64,000 nucleotides of DNA from Octopus vulgaris (GCA_951406725.2 OX597837.1:23002001-23066000), one strand, 5' to 3'; shown: positions 36,988 to 50,964, counted from the stretch's first letter. The notes: generated by a model not told the origin, from the letters alone. Program-made: numbers and translations.

Positions 36988-38233
36988 CAGGGTGAGTAAG
37001 GTATTTGAGGACATACCTTTTTTGGGGTCATAGCTGCATTTTTTGCTAACTCTGTATAATCTTTGTTTCAGAAAATAATAATGGCAAACCCTCAGTTTGC
37101 ACAAGAAATGAAGAGGCATGCTGTTATTGTGGTTATAAAGGCTGAGCAGAGCGACTTAGAAATATCTCGATTTTTAAAAGTTGTCAGATCTTTCGTCTAC
37201 AAAGTTTGTAAGGAGCAAGAGGCTGAAGACGGAAATGTATTTCCAATACCAAAGCATAAAAAGCATTGTAAACACTCTGAAATCGCCAGAACACCTAAAT
37301 TTATCCAGCAAGTTCAACAGACTATTGATTACAATTCCAGAAAGTCCACGAGGTCAATTGAAAAAGATCTCCATATGTCAAAATGTTGTCCATGAAGGCA
37401 TCAGATATAAGTCTTCAATGATGAGGAAAGGTCAATTTGTCAGAAAAAGCAAAAGAAAATCACTACATCAGATCTAAAAGGCTCTTAAACAATCTGGAAA
37501 TTCTAGCAGAAGAAGATTTGAATTGATTTTTCTCAAATGAAAAAAACTAACTTTGACCAAGATCAGAAAGTTAACAGAAGAAATGACAGATGGTTATGTG
37601 TAGACCCTTCTGGAGTTCCAAGTGTTATGCATATAAAATTTTCTGCAACTGTCAGTAATGAAGGACATGTAATTCCTCCTTACTTCTTTCCACAAGGCCT
37701 TAGAGTTAACTCTGCCACCTACATTGAGGTCTTGGAAATAATTGTTAAGCCCTGGATACAAAGTGCATGCAATGGAAGGCCATATGTGTTTCAGTAAGAC
37801 TCTGCACTATCACACATGGCTCTAGTAACACAGGAATGGATGGCCGAAAATTTTCATGATCACATAACCCCTAACATTTGGCATCTTAATTCCCCAGATC
37901 TCAATCCATTGGACTATTACATGTGGAGCATTGTTGAGAGAAAGAGGTCAATGAACATGCCCATAAAAACCAAAGATTGTTTGTAAGCTGCCATAGTCAG
38001 AGTAATGTCCAAAATGTGACCAGGACCACTTGGTTCGAGCATGTAGAGGATTTAGATCTCATATAGAAGTGGCTGTTGAAGCTGAAGGTGGCTTTATTGA
38101 ATAAGATTAGAGAAAAGAAGGTTTATTTTTATCCTCATAGCAATTTTTAATAAATAAAGTTATTATCTGTTGTTATATAACTGTTTTTTCTTTTTATAAA
38201 CATAAATCTGTCCTCAAATATCTTACGCAGCCA

Positions 38234-38234
<1 letters not shown>
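36988..38234 (+). mobile_element. Defective Tc1/mariner transposon, DD37D (maT) family
   Basis: 26-bp TIRs CAGGGTGAGTAAGGTATTTGAGGACA, TA-flanked. Transposase from ATG 37081 with stops and frameshifts. FQ*DSALSH...NSPDLNPLDY has 37 residues between the 2nd and 3rd Asp (counted). Confidence 0.92.
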
Positions 38235-38275
<41 letters not shown>

Positions 38276-39143
38276 ATCAAAATAAGCAACAAGTATATCC
38301 GAGGTGCTGAACTTATATATATATATATATTAATGCTTGTTTTTATGTTCAGTTATAATAAAAATTTTACATTAATCTGATTGGTTAGCTAGCTGAAACT
38401 TTGAAGTCACTGTCAACAACATTCTACTTGTTGAAGCCTTACCACACACACACACACACACACACACGTGTGTGTTTGTATAAACCAACTATGGAGCATA
38501 ATATTTTATTGTTTACTTATGGGCAGAGAGATTTACGTAAGCAAACATCAAAGACTGTGTGTTGTGAGTATATGTAACCTTCATGGGAATTTAATATGTG
38601 TTAGTTGTAGAAAGATATATACACTTTATTTTATTGTTTCATCATTGCTGTTACTCCGAGTTTCATTTTGTTTGTGCTGTTTGAAGAACAAAGGACATAA
38701 TGAAACAGTAGTGAGTCTTTATAAAAACCACACACACACATATAACCATCATCATTCTAATGTTCACTTTTCCATGCTTGCATTGGTTTGACAGAGTTTT
38801 TTGAAGCAGATATTCTATGGCCTGGTGGCTTTCTTGTCGGCAATATTTGCTCGTGATCAGACATGATCCCACAGAATGACACAAATGAATGACACTGCAT
38901 ATATGACAGTGACACTTAATTACAACTGTCATGCAATGTCACAACAAGGAGACACAAACCTACACACACATACTATGGGCTTCTTTCAGCTTCTGTCTAC
39001 CAAATTCACTCATAAGGCTTTGGTTGGTCCAGGGCTATAATTGAGGGCACTGGCTCAAGGTTCCAAAAATGGGACTGAACTTAGATGGGAATCAAAAATG
39101 GGACTGAACTCAGTAGGGAAGCAAACTTCTTACTACAGCCATG

Positions 39144-39176
<33 letters not shown>

Positions 39177-39572
39177 TGCCTATATTTGTATACACACACA
39201 GACACACTTTTAATAAATTTATCGCTCTAAAATAAAATAAAATTCAAAGGTTCTTTTTATCTTTTTCATCTAATTAAAAATATAATAAAACAGATTTAAT
39301 TATTAGCAACAAAAGGAGAAACAATTAAAAAAAAAAAATCAACAAAACTTCTTAAATGGGAATTTCAAAAGCAAGAATGTTTTTAGCTTTGATTTCTCAC
39401 CTAATATTATCATGAAAAATGTAAACAACTTCTGGTTACAAAAACGGAAAAAAACATCACACTGAATCCTTAGCAATATTTAAACATCTCCCTCCATATC
39501 TGAAGTTCAAATCCTGTGAAGGTTGACTTTGTCTTCTGAGGTTCATAAAATATGATAAAGCAATCATATGAG

Positions 39573-39606
<34 letters not shown>

Positions 39607-40199
39607 TTGACACTAGAAATAATTATAATGTATCAAGACGAGGAATGGAATTAAACATGGTTCTAAGTTAACACACAACATAACTGATACCGGTACTTGT
39701 ACCACATAAAAAGCACTTGAGCTGGTACCACGTTAAATGCACCCAGTACACTCTGCAGAGTGTTTGGTGTTAGAAAGGGCATCCATCCACAGAAACCATG
39801 CCAGAACAGACAATGGATTCTGGGGTGGACCCTGGCCTTACCAGCTCTGGTCAAACCATCCAACCCACACCAGCATGGAAAACAGACGTTTGATGATGAT
39901 GAAGATAATGACGATGATGATGTGAGTCACATTGCGCAAGGATCATCTCCTACAACCAGTCTTTGATTAGCCAGTACCTTGTGAGTGATCTTGAATAGAG
40001 GAAACTATTAGGAAAAAAAACAGTGTGTGTGTATGTATGGTTGTATATGTGAGTGTGTTTATATTTATATTCACACTGGTCTAAAAACTGATGTTTATGT
40101 TGGATCCATTTGTAGTCCTTAACTGAGCAGTTTGACAAAGAGAGATTGATAAAAAAAAGTACCAGACAGAAATAAAAATTGTCAACAATATGAATGATC

Positions 40200-40426
40200 A
40201 AGCTCTTTAGCATTCAGTTTATTCAGTCAAATATAATGCATATTTATTGACGTTCTTTTGAATTAATCCTGCATTATCTCACAACTTCAAAATTTTGAAG
40301 ATGTGATTGTTTATTTTTAGAATTACATTGTAGGGTTAGTGAGAGAGGCTGGATCTGGCTAGTTTGAATATAAAATAGGCTGAATGTTTGAGTCTGTTAT
40401 GGCTGGTTTAAATGCCAAAGGTTTAA
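40200..40426. mobile_element. TTAA MITE family 2
   Basis: ctctttagcattcag ... aaatgccaaaggtttaa. Confidence 0.7.
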
Positions 40427-40865
40427 ACTCTGAAAGGTAGTGTCCCTCCCTTTTGTAAGTTTAATGATGAAGAACAGTAAAAGTAGAAAAGTAGAAACAA
40501 CCAAAAATGCATTTAGAAGTTGTTGATTTCTTGAACAGCAAGTACTAAATGGAATTGATAGCGGATCAAGCAAACCATGTTAAAAAGGAACAAGAATCTA
40601 CTGAGAAATAATCAGGGTATGTCTCAGGGCACATCTACTCCATGTATGGATCTCAAGCAACACTGGTTGATTGAATGGTTAAAATCACATTCAAAGTTCA
40701 AAACTTAACACTGACCATGCAAAAGAATCCTTGATAAAACTGTTTATTAAACCTCTTCGGTCGAATCTTGAGGCCAAGAAACAAAACTGAGTTGCATGGT
40801 CAACATCTTTGGATGCTCATGTGATTTCCTGTCCAACACAAGCCAGCATAGAAAGAGGGATATTA

Positions 40866-41083
40866 CAAAGAGGTGCTGAAAAGTTCCTGGCTTTAAGGGT
40901 ATTGTGAAAGGCCTGGTTGGAGGCCCAACCTTCTGAGTTCTTTTACAGGGCTTAGAAAAACTGAAGGATCACTGCAACAAGTGTGTGAATCTGAGAGGGG
41001 AATATGTTGAATAAAATCATAATTAACTGATCCACCTGTATTTTCTTTTACCCAAAGTCAGGAACTTTTCAGCACCCACCTCA
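40866..41083 (+). mobile_element. Internally deleted mariner (MITE)
   Basis: TIR cores GGTGCTGAAAAGTTCCTGGCTTT / AAAGTCAGGAACTTTTCAGCACC, TA flanks. Retains the mariner C-terminus GLEKLKDHCNKCVNLRGEYVE*. Confidence 0.82.
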
Positions 41084-41618
41084 TAAATGATGAAGAAGTC
41101 AGATGCACAGATATGGTTATAGGTTGAGCAAGGAATACCACTTCTTGGGATAGGAACAGATGTCTCCTTGTGTCTGTCGTGGTTTTGTCCTTAAGCATTG
41201 CATATGCCAATCAGATTTGAAGACATCTGCTGTCTTGTAACTTTGGAGCATTGGTCATACCATTTGGGCCAGTCAGTCGCAATACGCTTGCGATAACAGG
41301 AGTGGAGTTTGCCCCACTGTTAAGCATCAGTTTATTTAAAAATAAGTGCGTTTCACATTTGTATGATCAATATTAAGACGAGTCTTTGAAGTAAGCTAAT
41401 GTTCAGTCATAGCACTGTCCTCATTCAGTTCATTGAAGTAACAGTATAAGGGTCCGATGGAAAGAAAAGCGGTAGGTGCATTAAGTAAGATTTTTGTGAT
41501 GTAATATAGAGTTCAGTACAAGGCATTGTTTACTAGTTGGCATTTCCTTGATATCATGAAAGCATGCCAACCAAAGAATTAAGATAGTTTAGATTACAAA
41601 AACATTAACCATTTCTGA

Positions 41619-42122
41619 AGTAGTAGTAGTAGTAGTGATGGTGGTGATAGTAGTAGTAGTAGTGAGTGAGTGATAGTAGTAGTAGTAGTGATGGTGGTGA
41701 TAGTAGTAGTAGTAGTGATGGTAGTAGTAGTAGTAGTGATGGTGGTGATAGTAGTAGTAGTAGTGATGATGGTGATAGTAGTAGTAGTAGTGATGGTGGT
41801 TATAGTAGTAGTAGTAATAGTAGTGATGGTGGTGATAGTAGTAGTAGTAGTGATGATGGTGATAGTAGTAGTAGTAGTAGTGATGGTGGTTATAGTAGTA
41901 GTAGTAATAGTAGTGATGGTGGTGATAGTAGTAGTAGTAATAGTGATGGTGGTAGTAGTAGTAGTAGTGATGGTGGTAATAGTAATAGTAGCAGTGGTGG
42001 TGGTGGTAGTGATAACATTAATGGTAGTGGTGGTGGTGGTAGAAGTGCTAGTTGTAGTAAAAGTAGTGATGATGGTGCTGGTGGTTGTGGTGGTGCTGGT
42101 TGTAGTAGTAGTAGTAGTAGTA
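41619..42122. repeat. Compound (TAG)/(GAT)/(GGT) trinucleotide tract with higher-order repeats
   Basis: Seen directly. Source of the poly-T, poly-S and poly-V ORFs. Confidence 0.95.
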
Positions 42123-42597
42123 AAATAATACAACAAAACAACATCAATAGAATTATGAAAATATCATTCCTTCACAATGGCGGCCGGTTCAGCTTCTATT
42201 GTAATAACAGCTTATCATTAGGCTTATTCTGTAAATGGATTGTTTGTGTGTTAGAACTACTTTAATATCATCATCATTACCATTTCATCAGCATCCGCTT
42301 TTCTATGCTTGCATGAGTCACACACAATAACTTTGTTGGAAAAAAAAAAATGTTGTTGGGGGAGTTACAAGAAAAAAAAAAAAAGGACAAGAACAAACGA
42401 AAATAAATAAATAAATAATGAGAAGCCACTCTAAAAACCATAAAATGATCAGCGGAAGATTTAAAAACATTGAGATATCTATTAAGGAAACCGGTAGAAG
42501 GAAAACGTTTAAGGAAAGAAATTACAAGACCAGGAGCAATGCTCACAAGAGATAGAGAGATGATGTATTGGTAGAGAGAAGTATAAATGAGACATGA

Positions 42598-42760
42598 GGC
42601 GCAGGAGTGGCTGTGTGGTAAGTAGCTTGCTAACCAACCACATGGTTCCGGGTTCAGTCCCACTGCGTGGCATCTTGGGCAAGTGTCTTCTGCTATAGCC
42701 CCGGGCCGACCAATGCCTTGTGAGTGGATTTGGTAGACGGAAACTGAAAGAAGCCTGTCG

Positions 42761-42797
<37 letters not shown>

Positions 42798-43005
42798 CTG
42801 TGTTTGTCCCCCTAGCATTGCTTGACAACCGATGCTGGTGTGTTTACGTCCCCGTCTCTTAGCGGTTCGGCAAAAGAGACCAATAGAATAAGTACTGGGC
42901 CTACAAAGAATAAGTCCCGGGGTCGATTTGTTCGACTAAAGGTGGTGCTCCAGTATGGCCGCAGTCAAAATGACTGAAACAAGTAAAAGAGTAAAAGAGT
43001 AAAGA
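42598..43005 (+). mobile_element. SINE family A
   Basis: Full-length, young copy. Confidence 0.9.
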
Positions 43006-43756
43006 GAGTATCATCTATAATAATAAACATGTAATTCTGTCTGTTCGTCCGTGACCCCTGTGTCGTGGTCTACATTTACTCTACATAAACATATTGTAGC
43101 ATTTTGGAACCAGGATGATCCCAGGATTGAAAATCTACCCTTCATTTGGTTCTTGAACATCCAGCATTGGGGTCAGATCTGGATGAGGATTTGCTGTATG
43201 CTAATAGTTGAAAATACAAATTTTAAAAGAACTAAAGTAATACAATATTGGTAGAGTACCAATAAATGCTTTATTATTATTGTTCTCTTCAGTTTTGGGT
43301 TGCAATTAGCCCCCCACAGGAGCTAGCTTAAAAGTCTGCACAGAGTGTGGTTTTTAAGCTGGTAATGAATATAACACTGTGCAACATATTTAACAGAAAT
43401 GACACTAAAAAACAAGGGTTCTAGTTGATCTGATCTATGGAACAGTTTACTCGTAAAATTAACATGCATGTAGCTGAGCATTCCCTCCACAGATATGTGT
43501 ACCCTTAATGTAGTTCTCAGGGAGATTCAACATGATACAGAATGTGACAAAGCTGGCCGTTTGAAATACAGGCACTACTCATTTTTGTCAGCTGGGTGGA
43601 CTGGAGCAACGAGAAATAAAGTGTCTTGCTCAAGGGCACAATGTATTGCCAGGCATGGAACTCATAACCTTATGATCACTAACTGAATACTCTAAGTACT
43701 AAGCCATGTACCTACACCTAATTAAAATATAACAAATATATTTGATTTTGTTTTAA

Positions 43757-43977
43757 CCCTTTCGTTACTGTATTTATTTTGAGATGCTCTGTGTTTCTTT
43801 CAATTACTTTAAATATAACAAAGAATTTAGTAAAATAACTTAGTTATCATTAAACTAGTGTTAGGAACATAAATTGTGACTAAGGTTTGGTGGAAGATTT
43901 TAATTCAAAACTTATGAAAACAAGGCATTTATACTACAGAGCCAGAGACAGTTTCAGCCGGGTTGGTATCAAAAGGG
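43757..43977. mobile_element. TTAA MITE family 1
   Basis: TTAA at 43753-43756 and 43978-43981. Near identical to 24023-24242. Confidence 0.88.
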
Positions 43978-45262
43978 TTAAAGGAACCTTATAGGAACCC
44001 AACCAACAATCTATTATTATCACTGAATCAAATACTTAAGAAGCTTGTTTTATATCCATAAGATCTTAAGTTCAATCTCACTGCATGGTGTCGTGGGCAA
44101 GTGTTTCTTTTTAGGCCACCACGAGCTGGCAGAATTGTTAGCATGCCAGACAAAAATATTTAGTAGCATTTCTTCTAGCTTTATGCTCTGAGTTCAAATT
44201 ATACTGAGGTTGACTTCACCTTTCATCCCTCCAGGGCCAATAAAATAAGTACCAGTCAAGTACTGGGGTCAGTGTGATCAACAAGCCCCCTTCCCTGAAA
44301 ATTTCAGGCCTTGTGCCTATCATCATCATCATCATTGTTATCATCATTATTCAACATCTGTCTTCCTTGCTGGCATGGGTTGGATAGTTCAACAGGAGCC
44401 TGCAAGCCAGAGAATTGTACCAGACTCTGTTGTCTGCTTTGGTGTGGTTTCTAAGGCTGTGCCCCTTCCTAATGCCAACCACTCCATGGCACCAGCACTG
44501 GTGCTTTTTATGTGGTATCAGAAAAACTATTATTATCAAGGCGTTGCCTCAGCATGGTCACAGTCCATAAACTGAAACAAGTAAAGCGTAAAGAATATAA
44601 TTTACTTTAGATTTCATTATATAATATACTTCTCATTATCTAAATTAGTAAGGTAGATTTATAGAGTCTACAGCGCAGTTATTAAAATGTCTTTTGGTAT
44701 TTAGGTTCAAATTTTACTGTTGTTAATTTTGCTTTTTATTCCTCCAGAATCAATAAAATAAGCTCCATTTTGTTCTGGGGTCAATCAAATGAAATTATAC
44801 TCTTTCCCTGAATCTTGTGGCATTTAACCCCTATTAGAAAGCAATGGTCTTTCATTAGACTAAATGTATGCCTAAGCAGAAAAAAAACAAAACAAATTAA
44901 AATGGTATAAAACAAAATTAGTTATTGACCTAATATTGATTTCTTACACAGTCAGAAAGCCTAAGAATTGGTGGAAGGGAATGGCCATTAGAATGCTGGA
45001 TAAAATACTTTGCAGAATTTGTTCCGGTTATCTGCATTCTGAATTGAAATCCCGCTGAGGTTAACATTGTTTGTCATCCTTTCAGATACCTTTTTAAGTG
45101 CCAATCTGGAATGATGGATTGGTAGAATTGCTAGAGCATCATATGAAATGTTCAGCAGCATCAATACTAGTTCTATGCATTCTGAAAGTAATGCTGGAAA
45201 TAGCATTGGTGCCAAGGCATATTGCCCTTTAACCCTTCAGTATTCAGATTTCTCTGTCAAAT

Positions 45263-45885
45263 ATAGTAGGCATCTTTTGGTTTCAAGAAACCATGGATCT
45301 GAGCCTGAAGAAACTGTGTCAGCTGCTGATGATGGTGAAGTATCTATTGTGGCTGTAGAGGCCCACACAGGAATAGCAGTCACGCATACAGTGACTGCAT
45401 TTGAAGGAACTCTCTACCGGTGCTACACGCTTTTCCTTCGGTCAAGTGTGCTTTTCTTTGGTGGCAAGTTCTTGTTTCTCTTCCCTTGCTTCATTCATTC
45501 TCTTTCACAGTATTTGTCTCCATCGAGGGCAATCATTTTCTACCTCCTCCCATCTCAGAATGTCTGGATCAAGCAACTTCATATCTCTCTTGCAGATGGG
45601 CCTTGAAATGAAGATGAAATTGTCCTCGTGCTCTTGTGCCAGTGGTCAATTCCCCATACACGAGGTCTTTTAGGATCCTCCCATCCATCATGCAATGTAC
45701 ATGACTGAGCCAGTGCAGATGGCACTGTTGGAGCAGGGTGAGTATACTGAGTATCTTGGTAGATGCAGCTGGACCACTTGATATCCAAGATGTCTCAAAT
45801 TACATAGGTGGAAGATGTTGAGATGCCACTCCAGACAGGAACAACTTCTCAGCGTCTTCCACCTTCGTAATTCGAGATGTGCCAC
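45263..45885 (-). mobile_element. RTE LINE 3' fragment nested in TTAA MITE family 2 (45233-46056)
   Basis: HLHWLSHVHCMMDGRILKDLVYGEL...CKRDMK...FKCSHCMRDCYSCVGLYSHNR. The MITE halves join across it. Confidence 0.82.
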
Positions 45886-46959
45886 ATTGTTTTGAATTAA
45901 TCACACATTATCTTGAAACTTTGAGATTTCACTGATGTGATTGATTACTTTTAGAATGACATATTAGAGAAGGCGCGAGTGGTCGGATCTAGTCTGTTTT
46001 AACATAAAACAAGTAGAATATTTGGGCTAGATATGGCCAGATTAAATGCTAAAGAATTAATATGAAAAATATTTCCCTAGAGTAGTGGTGGGATACAGAC
46101 AGAAAACTTGAATGCATAGACAATTGCAAGTTTTTCATGAGGTGAATGTAGCACAGGCCTGCACATATAGGTATAGATACATAGACTAATAAAGGCTTTA
46201 GAAACACAAACACACATATATACAGTGGCCCAAAAGTCACATTTTTTATTTAATACACATGTATACATGTAGATGCAGGTGTGGATGAGTGGTTAAGAAA
46301 TTTGTTTCCCAACCATGTGGTTCCAGGTTCAGTCCCAACACATTTCCCCCTGGACAAGTGTTTACGAAAGGCCTGGGTTGATCAAAGCCTTTTGAGTGGA
46401 TTTGATAGGTGGAAATTGAAAGAAGCCTTTCGTGTGTGTGTGTGTGTGTGTATGTGTGTGTGTGTATAATTTTGGTCAAGTTATCTCTTGCTACTCTGAA
46501 ATTCACCTGTGGGTGTATAAGATCTTTGCATCCACAGGTGAAAATCCTTGTGGCAAGAGAACTGACTTAACCAAAATGAAATACATTATTAATCTACTAT
46601 GGTTCTGAGTGCTCTTTTTACAAACAGTTAAGACTAAAGGGGGGCACACACACACACACACACAAGATAATGATTGTGTAAATAAAGTATCACTAGAACA
46701 AAAATTGAATTTAGATAACCAGTTAAAAACAACAACCAGCTGGATTGTGAAACTTAGGGGCCAAACTCTGGATATAACTTGGGAATAAATTTTCTACCAA
46801 TTTTAACATTTCTCCACCTAATGAAATAACAGGCTGAATCAAAGCATTGGATATCTCCACATGTAGTAGTTTCTGCAATAGACACAAGGAAGGAAAGACA
46901 CTAGACATTTTGGATGATGTGCTCACAATTTTACCAGCTCTCCGCCTCCATCATAATAA

Positions 46960-47162
46960 CAATGGTTTCTAATATACGCACAAGGGGTGGGATAAGTTGA
47001 TTACATCGACTCCAGTGTTGAACTGGTAATATATTTTATTGATCTCCGAAGAATGAAAGGCAAAGTCAAGCTTTGCAGGATTAGAACTCAAAATGTAAAG
47101 AGCTGGACGAAATGCAGCTAAGCACTGTGTCCAGTGTGTTAATGATTCAGCCAGCTCACTAC

Positions 47163-47209
<47 letters not shown>

Positions 47210-47472
47210 TAATAATAATAATAATAAAAATAATAATGTTTCCTATTCTAGGCAGAAGGCCTGAAATTTTGGGGGAGGGAGACCAGTCAATTACATCGAC
47301 CCCAATACGCAATTGGTGCTAATTTATCGACCCAGAAAGGATGAAAGGCAAAGTCGACCTTGGCGGAATTTGAACTCAGAACGTAAAGACAGACGAAATA
47401 CCGCTACGTATTTAGTCCGGCGTGCTAACGTTTCAGCCAGCTTACCGCTTTAATAATAATAATAATAATAAT
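46960..47472 (-). mobile_element. Two family B SINEs with (AAT)n spacers
   Basis: Reverse-complement family B bodies and an AAT run at 47164-47236. Confidence 0.82.
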
Positions 47473-49124
47473 GTGCATACTTATTTTAGTTAATAGGAAG
47501 GAGTGGGAAAATAAATAGGTCTTTTTTTTCTTATTTTTAAAATGCATAAATAAATTATTTGAATTATAAAAGATATGTTCGTTTGGAAGTCATTAAGTGT
47601 TTAAGCAGCAACAACTAATTAATCAGTGATTAAGATATTTCAGGTGTGAATTATAATTTTTTTTTTTTTTTTCATTTAGATTCATTAATAATATGAATAA
47701 CAACAATTACCATATATATATGTGTGTGTGTGCGTACATATATATATATATGTGTGTATGTATGTATATGCATGTGCATACATATGTATGTCTGTATGTA
47801 TGTATGTATATGGATGTGGAATGCAATACAAAATGGATATTTTGTAACAAATCTTTGTTTATTTTCAAAGATCAATTTATGCCTGGATTTTTAAGTGGGG
47901 GAGAAAGATTAATCAATCATTAAAAAACATCTATGAACATCTGATTTCATTTCATTTCTACTCTATTCTGAACTGCTGCTAAGATATTGATAGGTCTATA
48001 TACTACGATATAGCAACTGGTGGCACTAGCTACTGGGAAGAGAGAGAGAGAGGGAGAGGGGGGTTGAGTAGAGAGGAAGGAGAGGGGGAGAGGAGGAGAG
48101 GAGGGGAAGAGGAGAGAAGTAGAGAGAGAAAAAGACAGAAGACAGAGAGAGAAATTTAAAGGTTGCAGCAACTATATTCCAGCAAGTGATTTATATTCAT
48201 GAATATTCTCAATAAACAAGGGCAAAAATCATTGTCTACTTGTAGCTTGCTTATTGGAAGTGGGTTACATATTGATTGTCTGCTAACTACTACAGCGTTG
48301 CCTTCCTGTTCATCGTCAGCAGAGGATTTTCAGAACAAGATGAGACCCAGTATTAACATCTACATAGACACACACACACATGCATGCATATCCACACATG
48401 TGTACATGAGTGTGAGTGTGTGTGTGTGTGTATGTGTGTTATTTAAATCTTCACCCATTTCATAAATTCTTTCAGTCTAACAGGAATCTTGATAATTAGC
48501 AGAACTACTGCAACAATTTATTGCTGTATTTTAAATGAAATAATCTAACAGTCTTTAACGGTTTTCTTTCACTTTGTATATGTGTGTGTGTGATGATACA
48601 TGAGATCTCGCCCAGGCTCTACTCTGAGTTTCTCATTTATTTTTCACATCAACTCTACTACGAATATGGAATCATTTCTCTTATTTGTAAATCTAAATAC
48701 ACACACACACACACACACATACACACACACATACACACACACATACACGTGCATATATGAGCATATAAGGCATTGATTTAGCAGGTGTGAGTGTGGGATA
48801 GAATGCCTTGCAAATTGATTCCGTCTCTAAGTTAAAATCTCATTGAAGTTAACTTTGCCTTCCATGCTTTCAAGATTGATAAAGTATCAACCAAATACTT
48901 GTGTCAGTTCTTCTCTTCCCTCCTCTCTCTCTCTGGAAGAAACTGGTTTTTGTTCATACTTAGAGAGAAATGACTACCAGGTTTAAAATATCAAAGATAT
49001 GGAATATAGCACAAAGGTACTACTATTACTATCGAGAATTTAGGGTCCATCTACTGACAATGACTGCATGTGTGTGTGTGTCTGTGTGTGATACATGCTA
49101 TACGATATATATATATATATATAT

Positions 49125-49364
49125 AATTGCAGCGTGGAAGGTGTTTATAAGCCATTTAAGAAAAACACAAAAACCGTTAGATTCACTTCGACATTTAAAT
49201 TTAATTTGTCAAAATATTTTTGTCGCGGTCTCAAAGTCGAAGTGAATCTAACGGTTTTTGTGTGTTTCTTAAATGGCTTATAAACACCTTCCACGCTGCA
49301 ATTGTTTTCGTTCAAGTACACAATCTCAGAACAGGTCACTTGCTATGCAAATACATCTCCGTAA
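49125..49364. mobile_element. pLTR-like element with 68-bp inverted arms, in (TA)n
   Basis: Arms 49125-49192 / 49236-49303. Same family as 14955-15270. Confidence 0.78.
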
Positions 49365-49485
49365 TATATATATTCTACATAAACACAAAAATATGGCTAC
49401 ATATGAATGTTTGTATATACACAAACACCAGACATATATATATACGGACAATATATATAAAACATAATTACATTATATAACAGAT

Positions 49486-49489
<4 letters not shown>

Positions 49490-49522
<33 letters not shown>

Positions 49523-49597
49523 CATATTTATTTTATAATATATACAGTATTATATATATATATATATATATAAAAGCATATTTATTTTATAATATAT

Positions 49598-49637
<40 letters not shown>

Positions 49638-50165
49638 AAGCATATTTATTTTATAATATATACAATATTAAATATATATATATTTATATAAAAAGCATAT
49701 TTATTTTGTAATATATACAGTATTAAATATATATATTCATATATATTTATTTTATAATATATATATACGTTTATATATTCGTTTTGCAAAATTCTTGATG
49801 TGAATTCGTGTGTTGAAACAGATGTGGTATTTGGGGATGGTCATGTTGCCAGTTTAGCTAATAAAAACAAACGCACTACATATTTGGTGTTCACTTGCTT
49901 CAGCTTTATTTTATATTAATTGTATTTCAGCCAGAGTTTTTTTGTCACACTTCTGTGACCTCATCATTTTGTATACAAAATGGCAGATCATTAGTAAGGA
50001 GAGAGACACACAAAAAAGAAAGAAGAAAGCAAAGGACCACTGATGGGGTCACAGAAGTGTGATGAAAGAACTCTGGCTGAAATACAATAAATATAAAATA
50101 AAGCTGAAACAAGTGAACACCAATTACATTTATTGGCTACACTGGCAACATGACCATCACCAAAT

Positions 50166-50210
<45 letters not shown>

Positions 50211-50245
50211 TATATATATGAAGCATATTTATTTTATAATATATA

Positions 50246-50288
<43 letters not shown>

Positions 50289-50360
50289 ATATTTATTTTA
50301 TAATATATAGAGTATTATATATATATATGAATATATTTATTTTATAATATATACCGTATG

Positions 50361-50396
<36 letters not shown>

Positions 50397-50400
50397 ATAT
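49490..50400. repeat. Array of ~30-bp units (aagcatatttattttataatatatac) separated by (TA)n
   Basis: About 8 units at 49518-49770 and 50220-50360, interrupted by the element at 49780-50172. Confidence 0.8.
49780..50172. mobile_element. pLTR-like inverted pair with a hammerhead fold
   Basis: Inverted arms ~49826-49966 / 50041-50171. Fold CCA-CTGATGG-g-GTCACA-GAAG-TGTGAT-GAAA-GAAC-TC-TGG at 50037-50076. Confidence 0.7.
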
Positions 50401-50516
50401 ACATACATACATACATAGATGTTTTGCAAGCAACTTGCATAATATGCAAGTGCTACCAGTCGAGAACTCTGCATACTGGAAGCCAGCAAGTGTATGGGGT
50501 CATCAGGAGAGAATGC

Positions 50517-50918
50517 ACTATCCCTAGTTTCTTCATTGCTCACCAGATAAGGGATTGGTGGACCCTGTCAAAGGCATTCTCCATGTCAACAAAAGCCAAG
50601 TACAGAGTTTTACCTTTGGTTAGGAATTTCTCCTGCAGCTGTCTTACCAGAAATATAGCATCAGTGGTACTTCTCCCTGGCACAAACCCAAACTGCAACT
50701 AATCTAAACTAACTCTCTTCCTAATTAGTTGGGCTATGACCCTCTCCGTAACTTTCATCAGCTGATCCAACTGTTTGATACATCTGTAATTATTTCCATT
50801 TAATGCGTCACCTTTACCTTTGTAGCAGTTGACTATGGTACTGCTCCACCAGTCATTGGGTATGACTGCTTTGTGTATCACCTGGTTAACTGTACGGGTA
50901 ACTAGACTGTAGCCTACA

Positions 50919-50922
<4 letters not shown>
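50517..50922 (-). mobile_element. RTE LINE RT fragment
   Basis: IPNDWWSSTIVNCYKGKGDAL..NYRCIK...QFGFVPGRSTTDAIFLVRQLQEK...LAFVDMENAFDRV. Same family as 5720-7980. Confidence 0.88.

Positions 50923-50964
<42 letters not shown>

Noticed and set aside
41594-42265. 150-199 aa poly-T, poly-S and poly-V ORFs
   Set aside because: Artefacts of a trinucleotide tract.
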